A stretch of 64,000 bases of DNA from a virus (IMGVR_UViG_2529292906_000009:3303-67302), one strand, 5' to 3'; shown: positions 40,282 through 50,792, counted from the stretch's first letter. Numbers and translations: made by a program. The notes: a model not told the origin generated them from the sequence alone.

Positions 40282-41988
40282 TTGAGTAACTTACGCGAAT
40301 ACCAGAATCGTATTGCAGATATCGCAAAACGCTCTAAAGCCGTTCTTGGCTGGGCAAGTACAGCACAGTTCGGTACTGATAACCAATTCATCAAAGATGA
40401 TGCCGCGCGTGCCGCATCTATCCTTGAAGCTGCACGTAAAGACCCGGTTTTTGCGGGTATCTCTGATAATGCCACCGCTCAAATCGCTACAGCGTGGGCA
40501 AGTGCACTGGCTGACTACGCCGCAGCACATAAATCTATGCCGCGTCCGGAAATTCTGGCCTCCTGCCACCAGACGCTGGAAAACTGCCTGATTGAGTCCA
40601 CCCGCAACAGCATGGATGCCACTAATAAAGCGATGCTGGAATCCGTCGCAGCAGAGATGATGAGCGTTTCTGACGGTGTTATGCGTCTGCCTTTATTCCT
40701 CGCGATGATCCTGCCTGTTCAGTTGGGGGCAGCTACCGCTGATGCGTGTACCTTCATTCCGGTTACGCGTGACCAGTCCGACATCTATGAAGTCTTTAAC
40801 GTGGCAGGTTCCTCTTTTGGTTCTTATGCTGCTGGTGATGTTCTGGACATGCAATCCGTCGGTGTGTACAGCCAGTTACGCCGCCGCTATGTGCTGGTGG
40901 CAAGCTCCGATGGCACCAGCAAAACCGCAACCTTCAAGATGGAAGACTTCGAAGGCCAGAATGTACCAATCCGAAAAGGTCGCACTAACATCTACGTTAA
41001 CCGTATTAAGTCTGTTGTTGATAACGGTTCCGGCAGCCTACTTCACTCGTTTACTAATGCTGCTGGTGAGCAAATCACTGTTACTTGCTCTCTGAACTAC
41101 AACATTGGTCAGATTGCCCTGTCGTTCTCCAAAGCGCCGGATAAAGGCACTGAGATCGCAATTGAGACGGAAATCAATATTGAAGCCGCTCCTGAGCTGA
41201 TCCCGCTGATCAACCACGAAATGAAGAAATACACCCTGTTCCCAAGCCAGTTCGTTATCGCGGCTGAGCACACGGTACAGGCGGCGTATGAAGCACAGCG
41301 TGAATTTGGTCTGGACCTGGGTTCCCTACAGTTCCGCACCCTGAAAGAATACCTGTCCCATGAACAGGATATGTTGCGTCTCCGCATCATGATCTGGCGT
41401 ACTCTTGCGACCGACACCTTTGACATCGCTCTGCCGGTTAACCAGTCCTTTGATGTATGGGCAACCATCATTCGTGGCAAATTCCAGACTGTATATCGCG
41501 ACATTATTGAGCGCGTTAAATCTTCTGGTGCGATGGGGATGTTTGCTGGCGCTGATGCAGCATCTTTCTTCAAACAGTTGCCGAAGGATTTCTTCCAGCC
41601 AGCCGAAGACTATATCCAGACTCCGTATGTTCACTACATCGGTACCCTGTTCGGTAACGTGAAAGTGTACGAAGTACCTGCTGGTATTTGTAAGAACTTA
41701 ACGACAGAGAACATTCAGTTCAGCTCGATGGATGTGCTGTGCTACGTCCGTGATGAAAATCCGGGTAAAGCAGGCTTCGTGACTGGTGATGCTGTCCCGG
41801 CCATCCCGTTCCAGCATCCGACCACTCCGGCGCTGGTCAACCGTACCACGCTGTGGGGTTCGGCTATCAACGATATGCACCCACGCAACGGCGCTGATTA
41901 CTTCACTCGTGTAACGCTGACAATGGCCAAAAAAGGCGGGCTTAACTTTATAAGCGGCGACACGATTGATGCCGGTGACTCTGAGTAA
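40282..41988 (+). CDS. Large late structural protein, 568 aa, probably major head protein precursor (P1 gene 23 position); TTG start
   Basis: TTG at 40282 with AAGGAAG RBS; first gene after parS as in P1; function by synteny only. Confidence 0.5.
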   Translation: MSNLREYQNRIADIAKRSKAVLGWASTAQFGTDNQFIKDDAARAASILEAARKDPVFAGISDNATAQIATAWASALADYAAAHKSMPRPEILASCHQTLENCLIESTRNSMDATNKAMLESVAAEMMSVSDGVMRLPLFLAMILPVQLGAATADACTFIPVTRDQSDIYEVFNVAGSSFGSYAAGDVLDMQSVGVYSQLRRRYVLVASSDGTSKTATFKMEDFEGQNVPIRKGRTNIYVNRIKSVVDNGSGSLLHSFTNAAGEQITVTCSLNYNIGQIALSFSKAPDKGTEIAIETEINIEAAPELIPLINHEMKKYTLFPSQFVIAAEHTVQAAYEAQREFGLDLGSLQFRTLKEYLSHEQDMLRLRIMIWRTLATDTFDIALPVNQSFDVWATIIRGKFQTVYRDIIERVKSSGAMGMFAGADAASFFKQLPKDFFQPAEDYIQTPYVHYIGTLFGNVKVYEVPAGICKNLTTENIQFSSMDVLCYVRDENPGKAGFVTGDAVPAIPFQHPTTPALVNRTTLWGSAINDMHPRNGADYFTRVTLTMAKKGGLNFISGDTIDAGDSE

Positions 41989-42048
41989 TCAGGGGAAGTT
42001 CTCCGTTTAACATAGCGCCCCCGTGCGGGGCGCATAACAGGGAAAGTT

Positions 42049-43638
42049 ATGTCTCAATATTCAATTCAACAGTCATTAGGTAATGCATCCGGCGTCGCTG
42101 TTAGCCCGATCAATGCCGATGCGACGTTATCTACCGGTGTTGCATTAAATAGCAGCTTGTGGGCTGGTATTGGCGTATTTGCGCGTGGCAAGCCGTTTAC
42201 TGTTCTTGCGGTTACTGAGTCCAATTACGAAGATGTTCTCGGCGAACCGCTGAAGCCGTCTTCCGGCTCACAGTTCGAACCAATTCGCCACGTATACGAA
42301 GCTATTCAGCAAACGTCAGGTTATGTTGTTCGTGCTGTTCCGGATGATGCGAAGTTCCCGATTATTATGTTCGATGAATCAGGCGAACCGGCTTACAGTG
42401 CGTTGCCATACGGTTCTGAAATTGAACTTGATAGTGGCGAAGCCTTTGCTATCTACGTTGATGATGGTGATCCGTGTATTTCACCTACCCGTGAGTTAAC
42501 CATCGAAACGGCAACAGCGGACAGCGCGGGTAATGAACGCTTCCTCTTAAAACTGACCCAGACGACTTCGCTCGGCGTGGTAACGACCCTGGAGACACAC
42601 ACTGTGTCTTTGGCGGAAGAAGCGAAAGATGACATGGGCCGCTTGTGTTATCTGCCTACGGCTCTGGAAGCCCGTTCTAAATATCTGCGCGCGGTTGTTA
42701 ATGAAGAGCTGATTTCGACGGCGAAAGTAACAAATAAAAAATCGCTGGCGTTCACTGGCGGTACCAACGGCGATCAGTCGAACATTTCCACTGCTGCTTA
42801 CCTGCGTGCGGTGAAAGTGCTGAACAATGCGCCGTACATGTACACCGCTGTTCTCGGCCTGGGCTGCTATGACAATGCGGCTATCACCGCATTAGGTAAA
42901 ATCTGTGCAGATCGCCTGATTGATGGCTTCTTTGATGTCAAACCGACATTGACGTATACGGAAGCGCTCTCTGCTGTTGAAGATACCGGTTTACTTGGTA
43001 CCGATTATGTAAGCTGTGCTGTCTATCACTTCCCGTTCTCCTGCAAAGACAAATGGACCCAATCCCGTGTGGTCTTCGGTCTGTCTGGCGCGGCGTATGC
43101 GGCGAAAGCTCGTGGCGTCAAGAAAAACTCTGATGTCGGCGGTTGGCATTACTCACCGGCTGGTGAAGAACGTGCCGTCATTGCTCGTGCGTCAATTCAA
43201 CCGCTGTATCCGGAAGATACCCCGGACGAAGAAGCAATGGTTAAGGGCCGCCTCAATAAAGTATCTGTTGGCACCTCTGGCCAGATGATCATCGACGATG
43301 CTTTAACTTGCTGCACGCAGGATAACTATCTGCACTTCCAGCACGTCCCATCCCTGATGAATGCAATCAGCCGTTTCTTTGTCCAGTTAGCCCGCCAGAT
43401 GAAGCATAGCCCTGACGGTATTACTGCCGCTGGTCTGACTAAAGGGATGACCAAACTTTTGGATCGCTTTGTCGCCTCCGGCGCTCTGGTGGCTCCTCGT
43501 GATCCTGATGCTGACGGTACAGAACCGTATGTGCTGAAAGTTACGCAGGCGGAATTCGATAAATGGGAAGTAGTCTGGGCCTGCTGCCCGACTGGCGTAG
43601 CCCGTCGTATCCAGGGCGTACCGCTGCTTATTAAGTAA
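42049..43638 (+). CDS. Late structural protein, 529 aa (P1 gene 22 position; possibly tail sheath)
   Basis: ORF in track; function assigned by synteny only. Confidence 0.45.
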   Translation: MSQYSIQQSLGNASGVAVSPINADATLSTGVALNSSLWAGIGVFARGKPFTVLAVTESNYEDVLGEPLKPSSGSQFEPIRHVYEAIQQTSGYVVRAVPDDAKFPIIMFDESGEPAYSALPYGSEIELDSGEAFAIYVDDGDPCISPTRELTIETATADSAGNERFLLKLTQTTSLGVVTTLETHTVSLAEEAKDDMGRLCYLPTALEARSKYLRAVVNEELISTAKVTNKKSLAFTGGTNGDQSNISTAAYLRAVKVLNNAPYMYTAVLGLGCYDNAAITALGKICADRLIDGFFDVKPTLTYTEALSAVEDTGLLGTDYVSCAVYHFPFSCKDKWTQSRVVFGLSGAAYAAKARGVKKNSDVGGWHYSPAGEERAVIARASIQPLYPEDTPDEEAMVKGRLNKVSVGTSGQMIIDDALTCCTQDNYLHFQHVPSLMNAISRFFVQLARQMKHSPDGITAAGLTKGMTKLLDRFVASGALVAPRDPDADGTEPYVLKVTQAEFDKWEVVWACCPTGVARRIQGVPLLIK

Positions 43639-43647
43639 GGGAATACA

Positions 43648-44463
43648 ATGAGCAAAAACTTTTTTCAATCCGGGGCATTTTTGGGGAATGGACTGTCCCG
43701 TTTCGCTTTGAACTCTGATCCTGTGCAGCTGATGGAGTCTGCCCGAGCAAGCGCCGAACCGCCAACAGATCCGGTTATTAATAATAATCCGGAACCGGCG
43801 GCACAGACTAACGATAACGTTCCATCTGCCCCGGCTCCTGAGCAAATCCTGGAAGGGAAAGACGGTAAAGAATGGACCGTCGAACAGGCGCACCAGATGA
43901 TTCTGGAAGCTGCAAATCGAAGTGCTATGCAGAATGCGTTGAGTGATGCGGCCGACGCCGTTTTCGCCTGGGCTGATAGCGGTGATCTGACTTTCGACTC
44001 CCTTGATGGTTTCGTTCAGGCTATCGCTGGTATCTCTGATGACGACGACTCCGAAGTTACAGAAGAACAGGACGATGCCTATAACGAAGCATGGGCAAAT
44101 GTTGCTGACTTCCTCGCAGCATGCGGTGTAGATGATGACCTGATCGAAGCACTGGCTGACGATGAAGACGACGACGCAGCCGCTGATGTTGGTGCCTCTA
44201 TCGCTGGTTTAGATAGCGACGACCGTGACGAACTGGAAGCGGCGTTTGTTGTTGCTGGCACTTCTGATGAAATGCTGACTGAAGCATTTAAGAAGGTTGT
44301 TCGTAACGGTGAGATCAAACTCATCCGTAAACGCCTGCGTAAAAAACGTCTGACTGCGGCTCAAAAATCGGCGCTGAAAAAAGCGCGTCGAAAAGCCCAG
44401 ACCGGCGCGGCAAAACTTGCCCGCAAAAAGTCAATGAAACTGCGCCGTAAGCGCCTTGGCTAA
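43648..44463 (+). CDS. Late protein, 271 aa, acidic core and Lys/Arg-rich C-terminus
   Basis: DDDSEVTEEQDD and DDEDDDAAAD stretches; KKRLTAAQKSALKKARRKA tail. Confidence 0.55.
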   Translation: MSKNFFQSGAFLGNGLSRFALNSDPVQLMESARASAEPPTDPVINNNPEPAAQTNDNVPSAPAPEQILEGKDGKEWTVEQAHQMILEAANRSAMQNALSDAADAVFAWADSGDLTFDSLDGFVQAIAGISDDDDSEVTEEQDDAYNEAWANVADFLAACGVDDDLIEALADDEDDDAAADVGASIAGLDSDDRDELEAAFVVAGTSDEMLTEAFKKVVRNGEIKLIRKRLRKKRLTAAQKSALKKARRKAQTGAAKLARKKSMKLRRKRLG

Positions 44464-44498
44464 AGGAGGAGGCCGGAGAACTCCGGCCTTTAACTTGA

Positions 44499-45080
44499 AT
44501 GGCACCTATACCTTATGGGGTTTACAGCCAGGCTGACGGTGTATCGCCATATCTGAAAGTTACTTTAACGAACTCTCAGTACCAGGTTACCGGATATATC
44601 AGCCAGGGAGCGGCAATGAACATGGCCCAGAATTGGGAAGCGCCGTTTACCGGTATGTCCATGGGATCTGTTTCTGGTGCTCTGGGTGGTTTTGTGCAAG
44701 TAGGTACTGAAACAACATCGGTTGCCCGTTGGAATAGCTTAATGGTTTGGGAAGGGGGGACTCCGCCGACGTTCACGCTGCCTGTAACTTTCATTGCTTT
44801 GAACAATCCATTCATTGAAGTTTCAGGCGCTATCGCCGCGTTGACAGCCATGATTAGCCCGGAACTAAAAGCGGCCAATGTTGGTGGTCGAATCCCGGAG
44901 CGCGTGACGCTAAACATTGGTCGCCGGATCAACATCACCGATGTCGCCATCCAGGACTTAAGTTTTGATCTCGATGCGCCAAGGGACAGTAATGGATATT
45001 TCCTGAAAAACACCGTCAACCTCCAGTTGACCGGTTCTTCGATATATAACAGCTCCGATATTGTTCGGGCGTTCCAGTAA
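44499..45080 (+). CDS. Late protein, 193 aa (possible tail tube-like)
   Basis: ORF in track; preceded by hairpin GGCCGGAG-AACT-CTCCGGCC. Confidence 0.45.
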   Translation: MAPIPYGVYSQADGVSPYLKVTLTNSQYQVTGYISQGAAMNMAQNWEAPFTGMSMGSVSGALGGFVQVGTETTSVARWNSLMVWEGGTPPTFTLPVTFIALNNPFIEVSGAIAALTAMISPELKAANVGGRIPERVTLNIGRRINITDVAIQDLSFDLDAPRDSNGYFLKNTVNLQLTGSSIYNSSDIVRAFQ

Positions 45081-45091
45081 AAGGATTTTAT

Positions 45092-45601
45092 ATGGGGCAC
45101 AATAACACTAAGGGAAACCGTAAATTTATTAAGGGCCGCTATACTGCCAACGCGGCCAAAGGTGAACGACTGGTATCTTCTGAATTCCAGCTCACTTTTG
45201 CTGGCCATGAAGATATCAGCGTACTGGTTCGCACGTCGCAAATCCCTGAAATGACCCGCGAGGATGTGGAGGACTATGGTCCGAATGGTGTGAAGTTCAA
45301 CCAGCACGGTCCAATTCGAAACTCTGGGGAAATCCAGGTCCAGTGCGTGGAGACTATCGAAGGTGATATTCTTCAGTTCATTAAGGATCGCATTGCGGCG
45401 AAGGACTATGTTGATATCACGATGGCTGCGACCCCTGAATCCAAATCTTCCGGGGTTAACGCTGTGACAAAAGCTGCTACAACAATTGAAATGTTGGACT
45501 GCAAAATCTACAGTGATGCAATCGACTTTAGTACCGAAGATGTGACTGCCGCTGTGCGCCCGTCACTTCGTATCGTCTACAACTGGATTGATTGGGATTA
45601 A
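45092..45601 (+). CDS. Late protein, 169 aa
   Basis: ORF in track; followed by a strong terminator. Confidence 0.5.
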   Translation: MGHNNTKGNRKFIKGRYTANAAKGERLVSSEFQLTFAGHEDISVLVRTSQIPEMTREDVEDYGPNGVKFNQHGPIRNSGEIQVQCVETIEGDILQFIKDRIAAKDYVDITMAATPESKSSGVNAVTKAATTIEMLDCKIYSDAIDFSTEDVTAAVRPSLRIVYNWIDWD

Positions 45602-45620
45602 GAGTCATCCCTTGTATTTT

Positions 45621-45644
45621 AAAGCTCCTACGGGAGCTTTTTTT
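45621..45644 (+). terminator. Rho-independent terminator ending the head/tail late operon
   Basis: AGCTCC-TACG-GGAGCT hairpin followed by T7. Confidence 0.7.
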
Positions 45645-45772
45645 ATAACTATTTTATATAAAAATGCATCGATAACATTGTCTGGAGTTTTATGTTAGAT
45701 TATTAATGTTCTAATAAACTACAATTATTGAGGTAGATGTTTGTGCCTGTACTGTTAAAGGGGGACTCTAAA

Positions 45773-46369
45773 ATGGCTGTGATTCCAATGTCGTACTCCC
45801 CGGGTACTGTCGCTCGTCGATTTTCGATCCTGGACGGAGTTACCATCCAGGGTGTGCTTTACCAGGTTATATGGGATTCCAAAACCCCATTTGCAGCTGT
45901 AATAGAGGCTGCGCCTTCTGTTATCGATGGTGATATGCGCCATAAGGTTGTCGCTACTCTTGAACTTCAACGTCGTCCGCAGCTTGAAGGCGTACTGGTA
46001 AGGAAGTTTTGGGAGGATAGCGATGTTGCCCAGATTGAAGGTATTGTGGTTGATGGAACTGTCCGGGATGTAGGTTTAGCTACTTTTGTTTACGAAACCG
46101 TAGCCTCAAAAGCTGGTGTTGTTTTGCTCAGTGATAATGAGCAATACGAAGGTGGAAAAGCTCTTTGGCAACACATCGCCCGTCGCTCTTCCGAGCTAAA
46201 AGTGTTTATCCTCGACACCGATGCCGCTCAGTATTACCCGTTTGACGGCGAACGTGTTTGCTATGACGGGGTAAGTATTCCTGAATCCGAGATATGGAGT
46301 GAACACCCAGATCGAAGTAAGCATGGGGTTGTTCTGGTCGCTGAATCCATAACTGGAAAGGCGGCATAG
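45773..46369 (+). CDS. Hypothetical protein, 198 aa
   Basis: Second ATG (45773) has AAGGGGGA RBS; no convincing domain. Confidence 0.5.
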   Translation: MAVIPMSYSPGTVARRFSILDGVTIQGVLYQVIWDSKTPFAAVIEAAPSVIDGDMRHKVVATLELQRRPQLEGVLVRKFWEDSDVAQIEGIVVDGTVRDVGLATFVYETVASKAGVVLLSDNEQYEGGKALWQHIARRSSELKVFILDTDAAQYYPFDGERVCYDGVSIPESEIWSEHPDRSKHGVVLVAESITGKAA

Positions 46370-46659
46370 CAGTAAAAAATTCCTTACCCCTTAAAAGGGG
46401 AGAGGGTTAATCTACGTATGCTAAGCATAGATGTGGCCTCAGATTAATGTTAAGCGTCTTGCCGGACGCGTAATGTTATCTGGGGCTTTCTTCTGTTATT
46501 TGTTTGAGTGCTAGGTAGCAAAGAGAGCTAGTATTCATCAGGCAAATCTATCAATAAATAGCGTTAGTTTTTGTTGTGTGTATGTTTCTTTATTGTTATT
46601 GTGCTGTTTGTTTTTTAGGCGGCACAATTCCTATAATCTATAGAATAAAGGAAGTATAT

Positions 46660-46947
46660 ATGGCTGATGTACGCATTACTTGCATTACCCTCTCCGGCTC
46701 GCAATCAATCCATGAGCATATTACTCATGTGGGAAGTCCTCAATTTAATACTGGCAATGGGAAATGGACTGTTGAGCAGGTGATTAATGCTATTGATAAT
46801 AATCTCCATACATTCTATGTAACAGATAATGCAGGTAATCGTGTAGAAGTTGGGGTCGTTAATCCTGGTAATGGTGGAAGGCAGTTTATTAGAACGTATG
46901 CAGACAATCGATGGAATAATAATTTACTATCGCTACCAATCTGTTAA
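46660..46947 (+). CDS. DUF3892-like small protein, 95 aa, with its own sigma70-like promoter and terminator
   Basis: MADVRITCI...HEHITHVG...FYV.D..G..VEVGVV motif pattern; perfect TATAAT at 46632-46637; AAAGGAAG RBS. Confidence 0.55.
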   Translation: MADVRITCITLSGSQSIHEHITHVGSPQFNTGNGKWTVEQVINAIDNNLHTFYVTDNAGNRVEVGVVNPGNGGRQFIRTYADNRWNNNLLSLPIC

Positions 46948-46956
46948 TGTAATTTT

Positions 46957-46992
46957 ATAAAAAAGGCTGCAACCTCTGTTGCAGCCTTTTTT
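46957..46992. terminator. Bidirectional rho-independent terminator
   Basis: AGGCTGCAAC-CTCT-GTTGCAGCCT 10-bp stem flanked by A6 and T6. Confidence 0.75.
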
Positions 46993-47017
46993 CAGCCATT
47001 ATGACTGAGATAAGCCA

Positions 47018-48073
47018 CTATAAACTCTGAACAAGACGTTCAATTGCTGCACCATATCTTTCTAATGGTTCATTATTGATTTGTGGCTCAGTGTCATGGA
47101 TCTGATATCTGCCGGGTTTTATATCAAATAGAGGTCTTCCTAGATGGGAAGATACTATAGCTACGGAATGGTTATCTGGCACAGTAAACGTTTTTAAATT
47201 TCCGCCTTGGAACGCTGTTGGTTTATTCGTCCGCAGATTTTCAGCTCTATCCCTGATTTCGTCGAACATTGCCGAAAACGCTTTACTTGCTCGTTTGTCA
47301 TACTCTGTCGAACGATTAAAAACTAGAGAATGAATGACAGGAACCGCTAGACCAAACTGTTGACACCGATCGTAAAAGTTAACAGAACGATAATCGTTTT
47401 GTACTCCAACGCCATAAACCAACTGGCTTAGGTTATCCACTGCTCGAGCCGAAGAACCATCACTTGAGCAAGGTATTATAATTGCATTTGCTGCTATCAG
47501 TGATAGTTCGGTATAGGCAGAGAAACTGGGGTTGCAATCAATAAAGCAAATGGTTTCTTCGATACCTTGTTGTTGTGCACATGCAACAAGCAAATCTCGT
47601 AGCCACAGGTGGATGCTTTTCCATGAGTCAACTGGTAAGTTTACGCTGCTTAACTGATTGATTACTTGCGCCTGAACTTCCAGGCTTGGGTCGCCTGCAA
47701 TCAAAAATACATTGTCAGGGACATGCCCGTTAATTTCAGAGACATGAATTAAGAAACTTGTTTCTGAACCGGTAAGCATGTGGGGGCTGCGAGTTCTTCT
47801 GTCAAAGTACCCACCGACAGTTTTTCGTTGTTGAATTAAGCTCGCGAGGTTAGCAGCACCAGTACCGTTACCGCCGAGCAATATTTCAGATAAGTTAGCC
47901 TGCGGACACATATCTGCAAAAATAATACGCTTTTCTGGATTTTGCCTTGCGTATTCACAGGCCATAGCGAAAGATAAGTAGGTCTTTCCTACGCCACCTT
48001 TATTATTCCAAATAGCATACGATTTCATGGTATCCCCGGCGTTATCTGCTGTTTGTGTGCCAGCATAAGTCAT
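47018..48073 (-). CDS. ParA/MinD-family ATPase, 351 aa, no adjacent ParB-like partner
   Basis: KGGVGKT deviant Walker A, DMCPQANLS Walker A', ICFIDCNPS Walker B; GGAG RBS before ATG 48073. Confidence 0.7.
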   Translation of the reverse strand: MTYAGTQTADNAGDTMKSYAIWNNKGGVGKTYLSFAMACEYARQNPEKRIIFADMCPQANLSEILLGGNGTGAANLASLIQQRKTVGGYFDRRTRSPHMLTGSETSFLIHVSEINGHVPDNVFLIAGDPSLEVQAQVINQLSSVNLPVDSWKSIHLWLRDLLVACAQQQGIEETICFIDCNPSFSAYTELSLIAANAIIIPCSSDGSSARAVDNLSQLVYGVGVQNDYRSVNFYDRCQQFGLAVPVIHSLVFNRSTEYDKRASKAFSAMFDEIRDRAENLRTNKPTAFQGGNLKTFTVPDNHSVAIVSSHLGRPLFDIKPGRYQIHDTEPQINNEPLERYGAAIERLVQSL

Positions 48074-48336
48074 TATGCATCTCCATTACTATCCATGAAT
48101 TGAGTCAAAAAATATGTAAAAGTAGCAATGTATCACTCTTTTACTCATTATAAACGTTACAAGTTGTGATGGTTAGCTGTGTTTTTATCAGTACAAGTTT
48201 TGATCTGGCTTTGGGTTTTTATATATGGATATGTCTCAAAGATGCCCTGCAAAAGCGATCGCTAACTGTAAAAAATCAGATTGCATCTCCGACCTCAAAC
48301 TGAAAACGCCAGGTGACTCCAGATTAGAGCAATCTA

Positions 48337-49181
48337 TCACCCTCTGAATCCTGCCGGTATACCCCATTGTTCGTTATCTTTATTTTTGGCTAAAACCGCA
48401 TTAAGAGCTTCGTTTACCGTCATGCAATGCGGCAGATTATCGAAGTTTGATATCCCGCCAATATCAGGAGAACGCTTGTCCTTCAGGTAAGCATATTTCC
48501 GCGCTGCCGCCTCTACTTTCTGCTTGAACTCATGTTTTTGAGCGCGTTTTTTGGATAACCGCAGATTGTCAGCCTTTGCTTTTGCCTCAGCGATCCATGA
48601 AGTCAATTTTTTGAGTCTGGTCGTTCCGGCACCGCCGGAAACTGATCTTTTTGTTTTTTAACTTGTGACTTCTTATTCTTTATTGCCACGTCATCCTGAC
48701 AGGGGGAGGGGGTATCATTTTGACATGGGGGTGTGGATAAAAAATTAAATAAAGCCAATGTCTTAGCGAGAACAGCTTTAACCTTGGTTGCCGCTGAAGA
48801 GATCTTTAATTTGCTTTCAATCAGCGCATTTTTGGCTTGTTGTGCGAAGGCCAAAAAGGATGGTGTAAACCGGTACAGGTTAGCGCGACGTTCACGGTGA
48901 TCGCCGATAACAATCTCTACAGACAGGATTCCTTTGTTTACAGCTTCACGGAATGCACGAACGACGGTTGATTGGCTATAACCAGTTTCTGCCGCGATCA
49001 GGCGGTGAGGCTTGTGAATGAAGTATTCACTGGTTGTTGCCGCGAGATTTGCACATTGCGACAGGATATGCCAGGCGCTACGGGATAGACCGGAGTGTGT
49101 TACAAAGCAGGCCAATTCATAGCCAGAAAAAGTAAAATCGCTCATCGTTATACAGCTCAGGAAAGTGACTTTAGCCAGCAT
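48337..49181 (-). pseudogene. repL: RepL-like lytic replication gene, apparently split into 192- and 89-codon ORFs at a T6/A6 run (48607-48612)
   Basis: Two abutting ORFs; downstream one starts at a TTG inside the homopolymer with no RBS; combined length about 281 codons as recalled for P1 RepL. Confidence 0.4.
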
Positions 49182-49785
49182 TACAATGCTGGTGGTTCTT
49201 ACTACGTCTGTTAGCGCGTTGCCGCGACAGGTACCAGCACACCAGCATCAAGCAATCGCTTCATCAGCCACTGCTGACCCTTGCCGGTTATACGAGTCGT
49301 GAAAGAAATCCTGCTTCCATTGCTTGTATCGATCACGGTTTCTTTAAGGGTGAAATACCCACGGGATATGTATTCTTGTTTGGGGACGTTCCTGCGTTCA
49401 CCGGTTGCGATCAGAATTCCGTTATCACGCAACCAGGTGAAGAGATAGTTTTGGCCCAGGCCGAGCACTTTGGCATAGTTGCCGATTAGAACCCCGCTGG
49501 CGGTAGCAACGCGTTCGGCGAATTCGACTTTAGGTGCATCCATAAGCATTTTTTGCTCCAGCCGTTGCTTTTGCTCTGCCAGGTCGGCAGCCAAACGGAG
49601 AGCTTCAGGGAGACTCTGCGGAATAGCAGGTTGTAATCTTCCGGCTCGATAGTCGATAAATGTCTGGTTTACCTTCAGCCGAAACGCGGGAGAAATCCAG
49701 CCTGCGTACTCCACAGCGAGCAATTCATGGGCAAAAGTGCCGCCGCCACGGCCTTCGAACGAAACTATGCAATTCTGCATAGTTT

Positions 49786-50494
49786 CTTTTTGTGCACAGA
49801 AAACCCCCAGCTAGGCTGGGGGTTCCGGAAAGCTTTCAGCTTTGAGCCAGTTATTAAAACCCCTTTTGATTTGTTAAAACACCTTGCGGTCTGGCAACTG
49901 CAAGTGTCAAACAAGAAATCAAAAGGGGGTCCCAATGGGGAACGAAAAGAGCTTAGCGCACACCCGATGGAACTGTAAATATCACATAGTTTTTGCGCCA
50001 AAATACCGAAGACAAGTGTTCTACAGAGAGAAACGTAGAGCAATAGGCAGTATTTTGAGAAAGCTGTGCGAGTGGAAAAGCGTACGGATTCTTGAAGCTG
50101 AATGCTGTGCAGATCATATCCATATGCTTGTGGAGATCCCGCCCAAAATGAGCGTATCCGGCTTTATGGGATATCTGAAAGGGAAAAGCAGTCTGATGCT
50201 TTACGAGCAGTTTGGTGATTTGAAATTCAAATACAGGAACAGGGAGTTCTGGTGCAGAGGGTACTACGTCGATACGGTGGGTAAGAACACGGCGAAGATA
50301 CAGGATTACATAAAGCACCAGCTTGAAGAGGATAAAATGGGAGAGCAGTTATCGATTCCCTATCCGGGCAGCCCGTTTACGGGCCGTAAGTAACGAAGTT
50401 GGATGCAAATGTCAGATCGTGTGCGCCTGTTAGGGCGCGGCTGGTAAGAGAGCCTTATAGGCGCATTTGAAAAACCTCCGGCTATGCCGGAGGA
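49786..50494 (+). mobile_element. IS200 (IS200/IS605 family), about 0.7 kb; ends approximate
   Basis: tnpA inside; terminal hairpins CCCCCAGC-TAGG-CTGGGGG (49801-49820) and CCTCCGG-CTATG-CCGGAGG (50475-50493). Confidence 0.8.
49935..50393 (+). CDS. tnpA: IS200 transposase TnpA (HUH Y1), 152 aa
   Basis: MGNEKSLAHTRWNCKYHIVFAPKYRR... with HxH motif (HIHML); recalled match to IS200 TnpA. Confidence 0.9.
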   Translation: MGNEKSLAHTRWNCKYHIVFAPKYRRQVFYREKRRAIGSILRKLCEWKSVRILEAECCADHIHMLVEIPPKMSVSGFMGYLKGKSSLMLYEQFGDLKFKYRNREFWCRGYYVDTVGKNTAKIQDYIKHQLEEDKMGEQLSIPYPGSPFTGRK

Positions 50495-50792
50495 TATTTA
50501 TTTCAAGCTCTTCGATGAGCTGTTTTGCTGACAGCGTTCTTAGCCATTGAGCTGGCGCTTTATGGGCACCGAGTCCGCTCGCTCTGTGTAGAGCATTAAG
50601 GTTGTAACGGCCAGCGCGGTCGGTCGTAATTTCAACACCACAAATAACGGGCAGAGTGGTTGAAGGATCGACATTTTGATGAAGGTTTGATATATTCATA
50701 TCCGCATTGAATGTTTGTTGCATTTTTTCTCCAAATTTGCATCAACCTTCAATCACCAGCTCGAAATGGTGATTCTTTGCACTTAGAAAACG

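Larger units (their letters stand above)
49211..50723 (-). pseudogene. kilA: KilA-N/KilAC-domain gene interrupted by IS200
   Basis: N-terminal fragment 50495-50723 (KilA-N start ...GRYNLNALHRASG...) and C-terminal fragment 49211-49785 (...GRGGGTFAHELLAVEYAGWISPAF... plus KilAC) flank IS200. Confidence 0.6.

Noticed and set aside
48317-48333. Weak operator-like site (11/17) upstream of the ParA-type ATPase
   Set aside because: Only the TTAGAGCAAT half matches; too degenerate to list as a feature.
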